NCBI GenBank assembly: GCA_963723855.1
Contig: CAVRSI010000013.1
Coordinates: 166,196-230,195 of the forward strand
Origin: an uncultured Actinomycetes bacterium
GTDB taxonomy: Bacteria > Actinomycetota > UBA4738 > HRBIN12
Length of the DNA: 64,000 nucleotides
Direction of reading: 5' to 3'
Shown here: positions 45,721 to 57,090 of the stretch, piece by piece
Layout of the letters: each line of letters starts with the position of its first letter
How positions within the stretch are numbered: the stretch's first letter is position 1
The notes under the pieces: generated by a model
What the model was told of the DNA's origin: nothing
What the model saw: only the letters and a program-made list of their open reading frames with translations
Databases searched by the model: none
Translations under genes and position numbers: made by a program

Positions 45721-46148
45721 GCGGGGATCTCGAGTTCCTGCGGCGCGCCTTCCGCGACGTCCCGAACTGCCATCTCTCGACCCTGGACCAGTCCGGCGCG
45801 CCCCACGTCGCGCCGCGGTGGTTCGTGTGGCTCGAGGACGGCTTGTTCATCTCGACGCGCCGCGGCGATGCCAGCTGGGAGAACGTGCTCCGCGACCCGC
45901 GCGTCTCGGTGGTGGTCGACCGCGGCCGCGACTGGACGGAGCTGACGGGCGTTCGCGTGGATGGTGCGGCCGAGGCGATCGCCGCCGAGCATCCGGACAT
46001 CCGCGGCGTGATGTCGGCCTGGCACGAGAAGTACCGGTCGATGTTCGCGGGCGATGGGTTCGAGCGGCTGACCCGCCAGGTGCCGGCGCTCGGGTTCCTC
46101 CGGGTGAAGGTGGCGGCCGCCGACGCTTGGGATCACCGTGCGGGATGA
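45717..46148 (+). CDS. Pyridoxamine 5'-phosphate oxidase-family (PPOX-class, possibly F420-dependent) protein
   Basis: ATGA overlap with the upstream gene. 143 aa: HLSTLDQSGAPHVAPRWFVWLEDGLFISTRRG... Confidence 0.7.
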   Translation: MSGDLEFLRRAFRDVPNCHLSTLDQSGAPHVAPRWFVWLEDGLFISTRRGDASWENVLRDPRVSVVVDRGRDWTELTGVRVDGAAEAIAAEHPDIRGVMSAWHEKYRSMFAGDGFERLTRQVPALGFLRVKVAAADAWDHRAG

Positions 46149-46193
46149 GGGGCAAGGTCGGTTTGGCCTTCCGCGAGGACCGGCGTAGGCTGC

Positions 46194-46211
46194 TTTGTGA
46201 AGCCCTTCACA
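46194..46211. promoter_or_regulatory. Rex operator-like site 1: TTGTGAAGCCCTTCACAT
   Basis: Matches TTGTGAA-N4-TTCACAA at 13 of 14 defined positions. Its left half could double as a -35 element. Confidence 0.65.
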
Positions 46212-46216
46212 TGCCG

Positions 46217-46222
46217 GTAGCC
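46217..46222 (+). promoter_or_regulatory. Candidate -10 (TAGCCT, TAnnnT type) between the two Rex sites
   Basis: Lies 17 nt after TTGTGA (46194-46199). Weak evidence; position only. Confidence 0.3.
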
Positions 46223-46226
46223 TGAG

Positions 46227-46244
46227 CTTGTGAAGCCTTTCACA
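46227..46244. promoter_or_regulatory. Rex operator site 2: TTGTGAAGCCTTTCACAA (perfect half-sites)
   Basis: Matches the consensus at 14 of 14 defined positions. Lies 21 nt upstream of GTG 46265. Confidence 0.75.
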
Positions 46245-46264
46245 AGCTCGCCGAGGGGGAGCGC

Positions 46265-47512
46265 GTGAGCCGGTTGGAGACGGACGTCCTGGTCGTCGGA
46301 GCGGGGCCCGGTGGGTCCGCGACCGCGTATCACCTCGCTCGCCACGGCGTGGACGTGACCATGGTCGAGCGCTCCGCGTTCCCGCGCGAGAAGGTCTGTG
46401 GCGACGGGCTGACCCCCCGGGGCGTGGCGGCGCTCCTCAAGATGGGCGTCGATCCGAGCGAGCCGGGATTCGAGCGGGTGAAGGGTCTGCGGGTCCATTC
46501 CCGCGACGCGTTGATCGAGCTGCCGTTCCCGCAGCTGCGGACGTTCCCCGATTACGGCCTGGTGCGGACGCGCCACGACTTCGACGCGCTCCTCGTGCAG
46601 CGAGCCCAGAAGGCGGGCGCCCGCTTGATGGAGCGGACGGAGGCGATCGCCCCGATCATCACCGACGGATGGGTCCGGGGCGCCACGATCCGGGCCGTCG
46701 AGGACAAGGACGCCGAGCCCACGGAGGTGCGAGCGCGGTTCGTGATCGCGTCCGACGGCGCGGCGTCGCGCTTCGCCAAGCCGGCGGGGATCGTGCGCGA
46801 CGAGAGCCGGCCGCTCGGGATCGCCGCGCGCCGCTACTACCGGACGGACTATCACCCGGGACCCTGGCTCGAATCCTGGCTCGACCTCTGGGAAGGGGAC
46901 CTGCTCCTGCCGGGCTACGGCTGGCTGTTCCCCGTTGCGGGAGGGACGATCAACCTGGGCGCCGGCCTCCTGAACACGTTCAAGAACTTCAAGGACGTCT
47001 CGGCCCAGCGACTGTTCAACGCGTTCGCCTCGATGCTGCCTCCCTCGTTCGGCATCTCGGAGGACACCGCCGAAGGGCGGCTGCTGTCCGGGCCGCTCCC
47101 GATGAGCTTCAACCGTTCGCCGCAGGCGGTGCCCGGCATGTTGCTGGTCGGAGACGCCGCCGGCGCGGTGAACCCGTTCAACGGGGAGGGCATCGCGTAC
47201 GCGATGGAGACCGGCGAGATGGCGGCGGACCTGGTGCACGAGGCGCTGGTGCGACGCCGTCCGGGCCTGACCATGATGTACCCGACCGCCCTGCGCGAAC
47301 GCTACGGCCGGTATTTCACGATCGGGCGGGGGTTCGCGCGCGCGGTGGGCAAGCCGACGATCATGGGATTGGCGACCCGGTTCATGCTCCCGCGCCCGCT
47401 GGTGATGAGCTTCGCCCTCCGCGTCATGGGGAACCTGAGCGACGGTCGCGACGGCGATGCGCAGGACCGCCTCTTCTACGTGCTGGAACAGGTCGCGAGA
47501 GCGCGTTCATGA
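46265..47512 (+). CDS. Geranylgeranyl reductase family flavoprotein (menaquinone/isoprenoid side-chain reductase-like)
   Basis: 415 aa. Contains DVLVVGAGPGGSATAYHLA, REKVCGDGLTPRG and GDAAGAVNPFNGEGI. Confidence 0.88.
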   Translation: MSRLETDVLVVGAGPGGSATAYHLARHGVDVTMVERSAFPREKVCGDGLTPRGVAALLKMGVDPSEPGFERVKGLRVHSRDALIELPFPQLRTFPDYGLVRTRHDFDALLVQRAQKAGARLMERTEAIAPIITDGWVRGATIRAVEDKDAEPTEVRARFVIASDGAASRFAKPAGIVRDESRPLGIAARRYYRTDYHPGPWLESWLDLWEGDLLLPGYGWLFPVAGGTINLGAGLLNTFKNFKDVSAQRLFNAFASMLPPSFGISEDTAEGRLLSGPLPMSFNRSPQAVPGMLLVGDAAGAVNPFNGEGIAYAMETGEMAADLVHEALVRRRPGLTMMYPTALRERYGRYFTIGRGFARAVGKPTIMGLATRFMLPRPLVMSFALRVMGNLSDGRDGDAQDRLFYVLEQVARARS

Positions 47513-47525
47513 CCGTGCAAGTAGG

Positions 47526-47969
47526 ATGCCGCCCGTGCTGATCGCGTACCTCCCCATCCTGCTCCTGGCGATCCTGGCGGTGGTGTTCGCGGTCGGCTCG
47601 CTGACGGCCTCCTCGACGCTCCGGCCGAACCACCCGAACCTGGTGAAGCTGTCGGCGTACGAGTGCGGCAACGATGCCATCCGGCTGCCCGGGGGTGAGC
47701 GGTTCTCGGTCAAGTTCTACGTCGTCGCGATGCTGTTCATCATCTTCGACATCGAAACGATCTTCCTCTTCCCGTGGGCGGTCGCGTTCCGCGAGCTCGG
47801 GCTGTTCGGTCTCGGCGAGATGACGGTGTTCATCGCGCTCGTGTTCGTCGCCTACGTCTACATCTGGCGCAAGGGCGGCTTGGACTGGTCGGTCGTGACG
47901 CCCGTCGAAGAGGAGTTGGGTATCGGCGTCGAGGTGGAACCAGCGCTGGAGGTCGTCGGTGCCCGTTGA
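47526..47969 (+). CDS. nuoA: NADH-quinone oxidoreductase subunit A
   Basis: Contains YECGND...[26 protein letters not shown]. An alternative GTG start lies at 47535. About 25 extra C-terminal residues overlap nuoB. Confidence 0.88.
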   Translation: MPPVLIAYLPILLLAILAVVFAVGSLTASSTLRPNHPNLVKLSAYECGNDAIRLPGGERFSVKFYVVAMLFIIFDIETIFLFPWAVAFRELGLFGLGEMTVFIALVFVAYVYIWRKGGLDWSVVTPVEEELGIGVEVEPALEVVGAR

Positions 47970-48477
47970 GCGCCTCGAGGGCATCCACCTCGGAACCACT
48001 CCCGAGGAGGTCGAGGAAGAGGTGGAGCGCGGCATCCTGCTCACGTCCCTGGACCGCGCGGTGGGATGGGCTCGAAAGCAGTCCATGTGGCCGGCCACGT
48101 TCGGTCTCGCGTGCTGCGCGATCGAGATGATGTCGACCGGCGCCGGCCAGTACGACCTCTCGCGGTGGGGGATGGAGCTGTTCCGGGGATCGCCCCGGCA
48201 GGCCGACCTGATGATCGTGGCCGGCCGTGTGTCGCAGAAGATGGCGCCGGTGCTCCGCCGCATCTACGACCAGATGCCCGAGCCCCGGTGGGTCATCTCG
48301 ATGGGCGTCTGCGCCTCCGCCGGCGGCATGTTCACGAACTACTCGATCGTCCAGGGCGTCGACACGATCGTTCCGGTGGACGTCTACGTGCCCGGCTGCC
48401 CTCCCAAGCCCGAGATGTTGATGCACGGGATCTTGAAGCTCCAGGAGAAGGTGCGGACGTCGGAGACGTTCCGGTGA
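47959..48477 (+). CDS. nuoB: NADH-quinone oxidoreductase subunit B
   Basis: Contains [21 protein letters not shown] and VPGCPP, the N2 cluster ligands. Confidence 0.93.
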   Translation: MPVERLEGIHLGTTPEEVEEEVERGILLTSLDRAVGWARKQSMWPATFGLACCAIEMMSTGAGQYDLSRWGMELFRGSPRQADLMIVAGRVSQKMAPVLRRIYDQMPEPRWVISMGVCASAGGMFTNYSIVQGVDTIVPVDVYVPGCPPKPEMLMHGILKLQEKVRTSETFR

Positions 48478-48975
48478 TGCCGGCCGAGCTCGCGGACCGC
48501 GTGCGCGGTCGCTTCGCGGACGTGCTCGTCGCGCGCGAGGAGGTCACCGCGATCGTCGGGGCGCGACGATCTCCTCGACGCGCTGGTGACCCTCCGCGAC
48601 GACCCCGAGCTGTCGTTCGACTTCCTCTCGAGCCTCACGGCGACGGACTGGCCGAACCAGGACCCGCGCTTCTGGGTCGCGTACGAGCTCCGCTCCATGG
48701 GGGAGAAGCATCGCGTGCGATTGAAGGTCGGTGTCCCGGAGGCCGATCCGCACATCTCGTCGGTCACCGGTCTGTTCCCCACCGCGAACTGGCACGAGCG
48801 CGAGGTCTTCGACTTCTACGGGATCGTGTTCGACGGACACCCCGACCTCACGCGGATCCTCCTGCCCGACGATTGGGAGGGCTTCCCGCTCCGCAAGGAC
48901 GAGGAGCTCGGGGGCGTGAACACGCGTTACCGGGGCGCGTTCATCCCTCCCGTCGACCAGCGCACGACGATCTAG
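48477..48975 (+). CDS. nuoC: NADH-quinone oxidoreductase subunit C; one +1 frame break
   Basis: Break in GGGG 48558-48561. The repaired join is ...[36 protein letters not shown]...[21 protein letters not shown]. Length 499 = 3n+1. Confidence 0.88.
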
Positions 48976-48979
48976 ACCG

Positions 48980-50248
48980 ATGCCGGGAACGCCGACCGAC
49001 GCCCCGCTCCGCGACTCCTCCGGAGAGATCCGGCAGGAGACCATGATCATCAACATGGGTCCGCAACACCCGTCGACGCACGGGGTGTTGCGGCTGTTGC
49101 TGGAGCTGGACGGCGAAACGGTCATCACGTGCAAGCCGATCATCGGCTACCTCCACACGGGCATCGAGAAGAACACCGAGTACCGGACGTGGATGCAGGG
49201 CGTCACGTACGTGACCCGCGCCGATTACCTGTCGCCGTTCTTCAACGAGCTCGGCTACTGCCTGGCGGTCGAGCGTCTGCTCGGGATCGAGGCGCCGCCG
49301 CGGGCGCAGGTGATCCGCGTCCTCTTCTGCGAGTTGAACCGGATCTCGTCACACCTGGTGTGGCTCGCGACGGGCGGGCTCGAGCTGGGCGCGGTGAGCG
49401 TCATGCTGTACGGCTTCCGCGAGCGCGAGGTCCTGATGGACGTGTTCGAGTCGGTCACCGGACTGCGGATGAACCACGCCTACATCCGGATCGGCGGCGT
49501 GATCATGGACATCCACGAGGAGGGCATGGCCAAGATCCGCGAGTTCCTCCGCGTGATGCCGGGGCGGATCGACGAGACCGAGTCGCTGCTGTCGGAGAAT
49601 CCGATCTGGGTGCAGCGCAATCGCGGCGTGGGGGTGCTGTCCGCGGCCGACGCCCTGGCGTTCGGGGTCACCGGACCTATGCTGCGGGCCGCCGGCGTGG
49701 CCGCGGACCTGCGCAAGGACATGCCGTACGGCGGGTACGAGACCTACGACTTCGACGTGCCGGTCCGCAGCGAGGCCGACTGCTACGCCCGATACATCAT
49801 CCGGCTGGATGAGATGCGACAGTCGATGCGCATCGTCGAGCAGTGCCTCGAGCGGCTCGAGGAGCCGGGTCCGGTGATGGTGGAGGATCCGAAGGTTCGC
49901 TGGCCCGCCCAGCTCGAGGTCGGTCCCGACGGCATCGGCAACTCCAACGCCTACATCCATCACATCATGGAGGAGTCGATGGAGGCGCTGATCCACCATT
50001 TCAAGATGGTGACGCAGGGCGTGGAGGTTCCGCCCGGCGAGGTGTACCAGGCGGTGGAGTCGCCGCGCGGCGAGCTTGGGTTCTACGTCGTGTCCGACGG
50101 GGAGCACCGGCCGTACCGCGTGAAGATCCGCGATCCGTCGTTCGTGAACCTGCAGGCCACGCCTGTCATGGTCGAGGGGCACCTGATCGCGGACGCGATC
50201 GCGTCGATCGCAAGCATCGATCCCGTGCTCGGGGGCGTCGATCGCTGA
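48980..50248 (+). CDS. nuoD: NADH-quinone oxidoreductase subunit D
   Basis: 422 aa, intact. Contains [24 protein letters not shown] and [11 protein letters not shown]. Confidence 0.95.
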   Translation: MPGTPTDAPLRDSSGEIRQETMIINMGPQHPSTHGVLRLLLELDGETVITCKPIIGYLHTGIEKNTEYRTWMQGVTYVTRADYLSPFFNELGYCLAVERLLGIEAPPRAQVIRVLFCELNRISSHLVWLATGGLELGAVSVMLYGFREREVLMDVFESVTGLRMNHAYIRIGGVIMDIHEEGMAKIREFLRVMPGRIDETESLLSENPIWVQRNRGVGVLSAADALAFGVTGPMLRAAGVAADLRKDMPYGGYETYDFDVPVRSEADCYARYIIRLDEMRQSMRIVEQCLERLEEPGPVMVEDPKVRWPAQLEVGPDGIGNSNAYIHHIMEESMEALIHHFKMVTQGVEVPPGEVYQAVESPRGELGFYVVSDGEHRPYRVKIRDPSFVNLQATPVMVEGHLIADAIASIASIDPVLGGVDR

Positions 50249-50829
50249 TGGCGATCTTCGACGGCACCACGCTCGAGGAGGCCCGGGCGATCATCGCCCG
50301 CTACCCGGTCGGCCGCGAGCGCTCTGCCGTGATGCCGCTGCTGTACCTGGCGCAGTCGATCGAGGGTCGCGTGACGCGCGACGGGTTGCGCGAGGTCGCG
50401 GCGCTGCTGGACGTGACCACGGCGGAAGTCGAGGCGGTCGCCAGCTTCTACACGATGCTGCGACTGCGTCCGACGGGCCGGCACGTCGTGTCGGTGTGCA
50501 CGAACCTGTCGTGCGCGCTGCGCGGCGCCAACGACGTCTTCGACACGGCGCGCGAGGCCGCCGGCATACCGCACGGCGAGGAGCTGTCCCAGGACGAGCT
50601 CATCACGCTGCACGAGGAAGAGTGTTTGGGCGCGTGCGAGAAGGCCCCCGTCGTGTCGATCGACTTCGTCTATCACGACGGCGTCACCCCGGAGCGCATG
50701 CGCGAGCTGGTCGCAAGTCTCCAGGCGGGCGAGGTGCCGGCTCCGTCGCGCGGCGAGCCGATGGAAGACTTCCGCGCGGCATCCCGCCTGCTCGCCGGCC
50801 TGCCACCTCGCCAGGAGGTGGATGCGTGA
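50248..50829 (+). CDS. nuoE: NADH-quinone oxidoreductase subunit E
   Basis: Overlapping stop/start (TGATG). Cys ligands of the 2Fe-2S cluster: VCTNLSC ... CLGACEKAP. Confidence 0.92.
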   Translation: MAIFDGTTLEEARAIIARYPVGRERSAVMPLLYLAQSIEGRVTRDGLREVAALLDVTTAEVEAVASFYTMLRLRPTGRHVVSVCTNLSCALRGANDVFDTAREAAGIPHGEELSQDELITLHEEECLGACEKAPVVSIDFVYHDGVTPERMRELVASLQAGEVPAPSRGEPMEDFRAASRLLAGLPPRQEVDA

Positions 50830-52130
50830 GCCTGGAGTTCGAGCGCGTCATCACCGCGAACTGGGGCGACGACAGCGTTCGGTCGCTCGCCGGCTACGAG
50901 GCGAAGGGCGGCTACGCGGGACTCCGCGCCGCGCTCGAGATGGCGCCGGACGACGTGATCGCGGTCGTGAAGGACTCGGGGCTCCGCGGCCGTGGCGGGG
51001 CCGGCTTCCCGACGGGGATGAAGTGGTCGTTCGTGCCGCAGGACACGGGCAAGCCCACGTACGTCACCGTGAACTTCGACGAATCGGAGCCGGGGACGTG
51101 CAACAACCGCGAGCTGATGGAGCGCGAGCCGCACCAGATGCTCGAGGGCGCGATGATCGCGGCATACGCGATCCGGTGTCACACCGTGTTCGTCTACTGC
51201 CGCGGGGAGTTCCTGTGGCCCGGCACGGTCGTGCAGCGCGCGATCGCGGAGCTGTACGCCAAGGGCTATGCGGGCAAGGGCATCCTGGGCAGCGACTACG
51301 ACCTGGACATCGTGATGCACCGCGGGGCCGGCGCGTACATCTGCGGAGAGGAGACGGCGCTGCTGTCCTCCCTCGAGGGGTTCCGCGGCCAACCGCGGCT
51401 GCGCCCGCCCTTCCCGGCGGTCGAGGGTCTCTACGAGTCACCGACAGTGATCAATAACGTCGAGACGCTCTGCAACGTCCCGCACATCGTCACGCGGGGT
51501 GCCGACTGGTTCAAGAGCCAGGGCACCGAGAAGGCCCCCGGCACGAAGATGTTCACCATCTCCGGCAAGGTCGAGCGCCCGGGCAACTACGAGCTGCCGC
51601 TCGGCACGCCGTTCCGCGTGTTGCTCGAGGACTACGCGGGCGGCATGCTCGGGGGCGGCACGCTGAAGGCGTGGACCCCCGGTGGGTCGTCGACCCCCAT
51701 GCTCACGGCCGAGCACCTGGACGTCGGGCTCGATTTCGAGTCGATCGCGGCGGTCGGCTCGTTGCTCGGCACCGGCGCGTGCATGGTCATGGATCAGAGC
51801 GACTGCATCGTCGAGGCCGCCCGGCGCCTGGTGGAGTTCTACGCGCACGAGTCCTGCGGGAAGTGCACGCCCTGCCGCGAGGGGACGTGGTGGGCGGAGC
51901 GCGTGCTCGGGCGGATCGAGGAGGGGTACGGACGCAAGGAGGATATGCCGTTGCTGTCCGAGGTCGGGGGCAACATCTTGTTCCGGGCGTTCTGCGCGCT
52001 GGCCGACGGAGCCGTTTCCCCGATCTCCTCGACGCTGCAGTACTTCATGGACGAGTACGAGGCACACGTCGAGCTGGGTCGGTGCCCGCTCAGCCCCGAG
52101 CCGGCCGACGCCGAGGTGGCCGCTTCGTGA
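50826..52130 (+). CDS. nuoF: NADH-quinone oxidoreductase subunit F
   Basis: GTGA overlap with nuoE. Contains GLRGRGGAGFPTG, GAGAYICGEETALL and ESCGKCTPCREG. Confidence 0.95.
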   Translation: MSLEFERVITANWGDDSVRSLAGYEAKGGYAGLRAALEMAPDDVIAVVKDSGLRGRGGAGFPTGMKWSFVPQDTGKPTYVTVNFDESEPGTCNNRELMEREPHQMLEGAMIAAYAIRCHTVFVYCRGEFLWPGTVVQRAIAELYAKGYAGKGILGSDYDLDIVMHRGAGAYICGEETALLSSLEGFRGQPRLRPPFPAVEGLYESPTVINNVETLCNVPHIVTRGADWFKSQGTEKAPGTKMFTISGKVERPGNYELPLGTPFRVLLEDYAGGMLGGGTLKAWTPGGSSTPMLTAEHLDVGLDFESIAAVGSLLGTGACMVMDQSDCIVEAARRLVEFYAHESCGKCTPCREGTWWAERVLGRIEEGYGRKEDMPLLSEVGGNILFRAFCALADGAVSPISSTLQYFMDEYEAHVELGRCPLSPEPADAEVAAS

Positions 52131-52138
52131 GCGCACGG

Positions 52139-54544
52139 ATGGTGACGCTCACGATCGACGGCAAGGAGGTGACCGTGCCGGCCGGCACGCTGGTCATCCG
52201 CGCGGCCGAGCAGCTGGGGATCGAGATCCCGCGGTTCTGCGACCACCCGTTGCTCGATCCGGTCGGCGCGTGCCGTCAGTGCTACGTGGAGATCGAGGGA
52301 CAGCGCAAGCTCTTCACCTCGTGCACGACCACCGTCGCGCCGGGCATGGTCGTGATGACGCAGAACACCAGCCCGCAGGTCCAGGACGCCCAGGTGGCGA
52401 ACCTGGAGTTCCTGCTGCTCAACCACCCGCTCGACTGTCCGATCTGCGACCGCGGGGGCGAGTGCCCGTTACAGGATCAGGCGCTCGCGTTCGGGCCGGG
52501 GGAGAGCCGCTACATCGAGGCCAAGCGGACGTACCCGAAGCCGCTGGCGCTCTCACCCCTCGTCGGTCTGGATCGCGAGCGGTGCGTCCTGTGCGCCAGG
52601 TGCACGCGGTTCTGCGACCAGATCTCCGGAGACCGCTTCATCGAGCTGTTCGATCGCGGTGCGGGTGAGCAGGTGTCGATCGCGCCCGGAGAGGACTTCC
52701 GTTCCCCGTTCAGCGGGAACACGGTTCAGATCTGTCCGGTGGGCGCTCTCACCGCCACGCCGTACCGCTTCGTGGCGCGTCCGTTCGATCTCTCGTCCGT
52801 CGACACGATCTGCCCTCACTGCAGCGCCGGCTGCAACATCAAGCTCGACATGCGCCGCGGTGAGGTCGTGCGTCAGCTCGCGCGCGACAACCTGGAGGTG
52901 AACGACGCGTGGCTCTGCGACAAGGGCCGGTTCGCGTTCCGGTTCCCCGACGCGCCGGACCGGGTCACCACGCCGTTGATCCGAGAGCACGGTCTGGAAC
53001 CGGCGTCGTTCGGCGAGGTCCTGACGACGATCGCGGGATGGTGCGCCGGGAAGCGTGTCGCGTTCCTCACTGGCGGACGCCTGATGGACGAGGACTACTA
53101 CGCGCTCTCCAAGCTCGCGCGCACCGTCTTCGGTACGAACGACCTGGACCACCGCCGCGACGAAGGAACGGGGATCGGGGGCTTCGACGGAGCGACGGCC
53201 CATCCGGTCACATATGACGACGTCGAGCGCGCCACGGTCATCCTGGTCGCGGGGCTGGACGCCGAGCAAGAGGTACCGATCCTGCACCTGCGGCTGCGCA
53301 AGGCCGCACGGCGCGGCGCGAAGATCTTCGTCCTCCATCCCCGGCTGACCCGGCTTCACGATGTCGCGGAGCACATCCTGTGCCGGCCCGGCGACGAGGC
53401 GTGGCTGTTGGAGACGGAAGAAGGCCGACGTCGTCCGGAGATCGAAGCAGTCGTCGATGCACTGCGGGAGGCGGGCGACGCCGGACTCGTGATCGCCGGT
53501 CCGCGACTGGCCGACCACGCACTCGGCGTGCCAGACGCCGGGGCGCTCGCCGCCGAGACCGGTGCGCGGTTCGCCTACGTGACCCGACGGGCCAACGACC
53601 GTGGCGCGCTCATGGCGGGCGTGCACCCGCAGCTCCTCCCCGGCGGTCGTCGCTTCTCTCTCGGAGAGGAGCGCGCGGAGGTCGAGGCGCTCTGGGGTCC
53701 GATGATCGTCGGCGACGAGGGACGGAACTGGTGGGGCGTCCTGGAGGCGTGTGCGGCGCGGGACGTCGATGTGCTGTTCCTGATCGGAGTCGACCCCCTT
53801 CGCGATTACCCCGACGCCGCCTTGGCGACGCGAGCGCTCCAGAACGTCGAGCACGCGGTCGTGCAGTCGCTCGAGCTGGGCTCGCTCGAGCCCTACGCCG
53901 ACGCGTTCCTTCCGGCGGCCGCGTTCCTCGAGAAAGACGGACACGTCACGACATGGGAGGGCCGCAGTCAGCGGATCAGGCCCATCCGCGGTTCGGCAGG
54001 CATCTCGCTGCCCGACTGGGAGATCTTCGCGAGCCTGGCGCTCGCCTCCGGCGGCGATCTCGGTTTCGAGACGCTCGACGAGCTGCACGACGAGATGGGA
54101 CGGCTCCTGGCTCCTCGTGACGCGACGCCGAGCACCGTCTCCGCGGTGGGTGCTGCGCAACGGGTCACCGGCGAAGGTGAACTCCTCCTCTTCACGTACC
54201 CGCTGCTCGTCGACGAGGGCCGATTGTCCGAACGTTCCGACGAGCTGAAGGCGGCGCTGGAGGACGAGCCGTTCCTGGAGATGCACCCGAGCGACGCCAC
54301 GACGCGCGCCGTGGTTGACGGTGGCAGGGTGATGGTGCGAACCGCCGCGGGACAGGCGGAGCTGCCGGTTCGCGTGACCGACCACGTCGCCGAGGGGTCG
54401 GTCTTCGTGCCGTTCAACCAGCCGGGGTTCGCAGCCAACACCATCCTGAACGGCTCGTTCTCGATCGCCGCCGCCGTCGAGCCGGTCGGCGCCCCCGCCG
54501 GTGAGCTCGAGACGGCGGAGGCGGCTGCGGGAGGCGAGAGCTGA
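52139..54544 (+). CDS. nuoG: NADH-quinone oxidoreductase subunit G
   Basis: Intact, about 800 aa. Contains [24 protein letters not shown] and [15 protein letters not shown] at 52127 (GTGA overlap) is an alternative start. Confidence 0.93.
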   Translation: MVTLTIDGKEVTVPAGTLVIRAAEQLGIEIPRFCDHPLLDPVGACRQCYVEIEGQRKLFTSCTTTVAPGMVVMTQNTSPQVQDAQVANLEFLLLNHPLDCPICDRGGECPLQDQALAFGPGESRYIEAKRTYPKPLALSPLVGLDRERCVLCARCTRFCDQISGDRFIELFDRGAGEQVSIAPGEDFRSPFSGNTVQICPVGALTATPYRFVARPFDLSSVDTICPHCSAGCNIKLDMRRGEVVRQLARDNLEVNDAWLCDKGRFAFRFPDAPDRVTTPLIREHGLEPASFGEVLTTIAGWCAGKRVAFLTGGRLMDEDYYALSKLARTVFGTNDLDHRRDEGTGIGGFDGATAHPVTYDDVERATVILVAGLDAEQEVPILHLRLRKAARRGAKIFVLHPRLTRLHDVAEHILCRPGDEAWLLETEEGRRRPEIEAVVDALREAGDAGLVIAGPRLADHALGVPDAGALAAETGARFAYVTRRANDRGALMAGVHPQLLPGGRRFSLGEERAEVEALWGPMIVGDEGRNWWGVLEACAARDVDVLFLIGVDPLRDYPDAALATRALQNVEHAVVQSLELGSLEPYADAFLPAAAFLEKDGHVTTWEGRSQRIRPIRGSAGISLPDWEIFASLALASGGDLGFETLDELHDEMGRLLAPRDATPSTVSAVGAAQRVTGEGELLLFTYPLLVDEGRLSERSDELKAALEDEPFLEMHPSDATTRAVVDGGRVMVRTAAGQAELPVRVTDHVAEGSVFVPFNQPGFAANTILNGSFSIAAAVEPVGAPAGELETAEAAAGGES

Positions 54545-55680
54545 TGGACTGGCTCGACTGGCTCCTGTTGATCGCGCGGGTCGTCGTGGTGTTCTTCGCG
54601 TTGCTGATCTCGGTGCTCCTGTACGTGTGGATGGAGCGCAAGGTGATCGCCGACTTCCAGACCCGCAAGGGGCCGATGCGCGCCGGGCCGCGCGGGATCC
54701 TGATCACGCTCGCCGACGGCATCAAGCTCTTCTTCAAGGAGGGCATCACGCCGACCAACGCCGACCGGGTCGTGTTCGTGATCGCCCCGGTCCTCGCGAT
54801 CGTCCCGGCGTTCCTTGCGTTCTCGGTGATCCCCTTCGGCATACCCGTCACGCTCTTCGGCCGCACCGTCCCCTTCCAGGTCGCGAACCTGGACATCGGC
54901 ATCCTCTGGATACTCGCCATGACGTCGATCGGCGTCTACGCGGTGGTCTTCGCCGGCTGGTCCAGCGGTTCGAACTATCCGCTGTTGGGCTCGATCCGCT
55001 CGACGGCGCAGATGGTCTCGTACGAGGTGGCCATGGGTCTCGCGCTCGTCGCCGTCATCCTGTACTCCGGCCATCTGAACCTGAACGCGATCGTCGCGCA
55101 GCAGGACAAGGTCTGGAACGCGATCCCGCAGTTCCCGGCGTTCGTCGTCTACCTGATCTGCGGCCTGGCCGAGACCAACCGTCCGCCGTTCGACCTCGCG
55201 GAGGCCGAGACCGAGCTGGTCGCCGGTTTCCACACCGAGTACTCGGGGATCAAGTTCGCGCTGTTCTACCTGGGCGAGTACGTGAACACCGTGACGGTGT
55301 CGGCGATCGCCGTCACGCTGTTCCTCGGCGGCTGGCGCGGGCCGCACCCGGACTTCCTGCTCTGGCTCTGGCCGCTCCTGTGGTTCCTGTTCAAGATCAC
55401 GGCCGTGATCTACGTCTACATCCTGGTCCGCGGCACGCTGCCGCGGATGCGCTACGACCGCCTGATGAACTTCGGCTGGAAGCGGCTGATCCCGTTCGGT
55501 CTGGTGTGGGTGCTCGTGACGGGGTTCGTCGTGGCCGCGCCCGAGCACCTCACGCGCAAGGAGCTCTTCACCGGGGCCGCGGTCGTGTTCGGTGTCCTCG
55601 TGCTCGCGATGCTGATCGCTCCGTTGTTCGCGCCGAAGGCGACGAAGGAACAAGAGCAGGATCAGGAGGTGACGTCGTGA
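54544..55680 (+). CDS. nuoH: NADH-quinone oxidoreductase subunit H
   Basis: 378 aa, intact. Contains [15 protein letters not shown] and [26 protein letters not shown]. Confidence 0.95.
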   Translation: MDWLDWLLLIARVVVVFFALLISVLLYVWMERKVIADFQTRKGPMRAGPRGILITLADGIKLFFKEGITPTNADRVVFVIAPVLAIVPAFLAFSVIPFGIPVTLFGRTVPFQVANLDIGILWILAMTSIGVYAVVFAGWSSGSNYPLLGSIRSTAQMVSYEVAMGLALVAVILYSGHLNLNAIVAQQDKVWNAIPQFPAFVVYLICGLAETNRPPFDLAEAETELVAGFHTEYSGIKFALFYLGEYVNTVTVSAIAVTLFLGGWRGPHPDFLLWLWPLLWFLFKITAVIYVYILVRGTLPRMRYDRLMNFGWKRLIPFGLVWVLVTGFVVAAPEHLTRKELFTGAAVVFGVLVLAMLIAPLFAPKATKEQEQDQEVTS

Positions 55681-56195
55681 CCGCGGAGGGTTCCGGGAAG
55701 GACCCGCAGGGCCAGCCGGGCGGGATCATCGACGGCGCCATCGCCATGGCCAAGGGCATGGGCACGGTCTGGAAGCAGACGTTCCGCCGGGACAACACCG
55801 AGCAGTACCCGACCGAGATCGTGCCCTCGCCGGAGCGCTCCCACATCGGACGCCATCGGCTCAACAAGCACGAGAACGGCCTGGAGAAGTGCATCGGATG
55901 CGAGCTCTGCGCCTTCGCGTGCCCGGCCGATGCCATCTGGGTCGAGGGCGCGGACAACGACCCGGAGGATCCGACCTCCCCCGGTGAGCGATTCGCCAAG
56001 GACTATCAGATCAACTACCTGCGCTGCATCATGTGCGGCCTGTGCGTCGAGGCGTGTCCCACCCGCGCCCTGACGCTCACGAGCTACTACGACCTCGCGT
56101 TCACCACGCGCGAGGAAGCGATATGGACGAAGGAGCAACTGCTCGAGCCGCCGCCCGAGCTCGGTACCGATCCGGTCGACCGGGAGGGCCGGTAG
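55677..56195 (+). CDS. nuoI: NADH-quinone oxidoreductase subunit I
   Basis: GTGA overlap with nuoH. Contains [12 protein letters not shown] and [12 protein letters not shown]. Confidence 0.93.
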   Translation: MTAEGSGKDPQGQPGGIIDGAIAMAKGMGTVWKQTFRRDNTEQYPTEIVPSPERSHIGRHRLNKHENGLEKCIGCELCAFACPADAIWVEGADNDPEDPTSPGERFAKDYQINYLRCIMCGLCVEACPTRALTLTSYYDLAFTTREEAIWTKEQLLEPPPELGTDPVDREGR

Positions 56196-56788
56196 TGCAC
56201 GCGGATCTCATCCTGTTCTGGGTGTTCGCGCCGCTCTCGATCGCGAGCGGCATCGCGATGCTGCTGATGCGGAACGCCGTCCACGCGGCCCTGTTCCTCA
56301 TCGTGAACTTCTTCTGCCTGGCGATCTTCTACCTGATCCTGGGCGCGCCGTTCCTGTTCGCCGTCCAGATCATCGTCTACGCGGGCGCGATCATGGTCCT
56401 GTTCCTCTTCGTGATCATGCTGCTCGGCGTGGACGGCCGCGAGGACCTCCGCGAACGCCGGCTGATCGCGCAACGCCCGCTCGCCATCGCGTTGGGTGTC
56501 GCGTTCGTCCTGGAGGTGTTCTTCGCGATCCGTGCCTCGATCGGCTTCTCGCGCTACGCGCCCGCCGGTTTCGACAAGGTGAACGATGGCGGCAACACGC
56601 GGGCGCTCGCGCGGGTGCTGTTCCACAAGTACTTCTTCCCGTTCGAGGTGACCTCGATCCTGTTGATCATCGCGGCGATCGCGGTGATGGTCCTGGCTCA
56701 GCGGAAGGCGCGCGCCGTCACGCAGGCCGAGATGGAAGCCCACAACGCCGCGCTCGAGCCGGCGGGCGGGCCGAGGCCGGTCGCGTGA
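56195..56788 (+). CDS. nuoJ: NADH-quinone oxidoreductase subunit J
   Basis: GTG at 56195 overlaps the nuoI stop. Contains [51 protein letters not shown]. Confidence 0.9.
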   Translation: MHADLILFWVFAPLSIASGIAMLLMRNAVHAALFLIVNFFCLAIFYLILGAPFLFAVQIIVYAGAIMVLFLFVIMLLGVDGREDLRERRLIAQRPLAIALGVAFVLEVFFAIRASIGFSRYAPAGFDKVNDGGNTRALARVLFHKYFFPFEVTSILLIIAAIAVMVLAQRKARAVTQAEMEAHNAALEPAGGPRPVA

Positions 56789-57090
56789 GCACTCCTATCG
56801 GCTACTTCTTGGTGCTCTCGTCGATCCTGTTCGCGATCGGAACCGTCGGCGTGCTGGTCCGCAAGAACGCGCTCGTCATCTTCATGTCCGTCGAGCTCCA
56901 GCTGAACGCCGTCAACCTGTCGCTCGTCGCGTTCTCACGGATGCACAACAGCCTGGACGGCCAGGTCATCGCGTTCTTCTCGATGGTCGTGGCCGCCGCC
57001 GAGGTCGTCGTCGGACTCGCGATCATCGTGTCCGTCTACCGGCGGATCCGGTCGGTCAACGTGGACGATGCCGAGGCGCTGCGCGGATGA
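56785..57090 (+). CDS. nuoK: NADH-quinone oxidoreductase subunit K
   Basis: 101 aa. Contains [12 protein letters not shown] and [11 protein letters not shown]. Confidence 0.93.
   Translation: MSTPIGYFLVLSSILFAIGTVGVLVRKNALVIFMSVELQLNAVNLSLVAFSRMHNSLDGQVIAFFSMVVAAAEVVVGLAIIVSVYRRIRSVNVDDAEALRG

Noticed and set aside
42912-46136. 1074-aa minus-strand ORF and the 634-aa plus-strand ORF 42944-44848
   Set aside because: Both are alternative frames over ctaA-ctaB, the polyprenyl synthase and PPOX. They are Arg/His/Gly-rich and have no domains.
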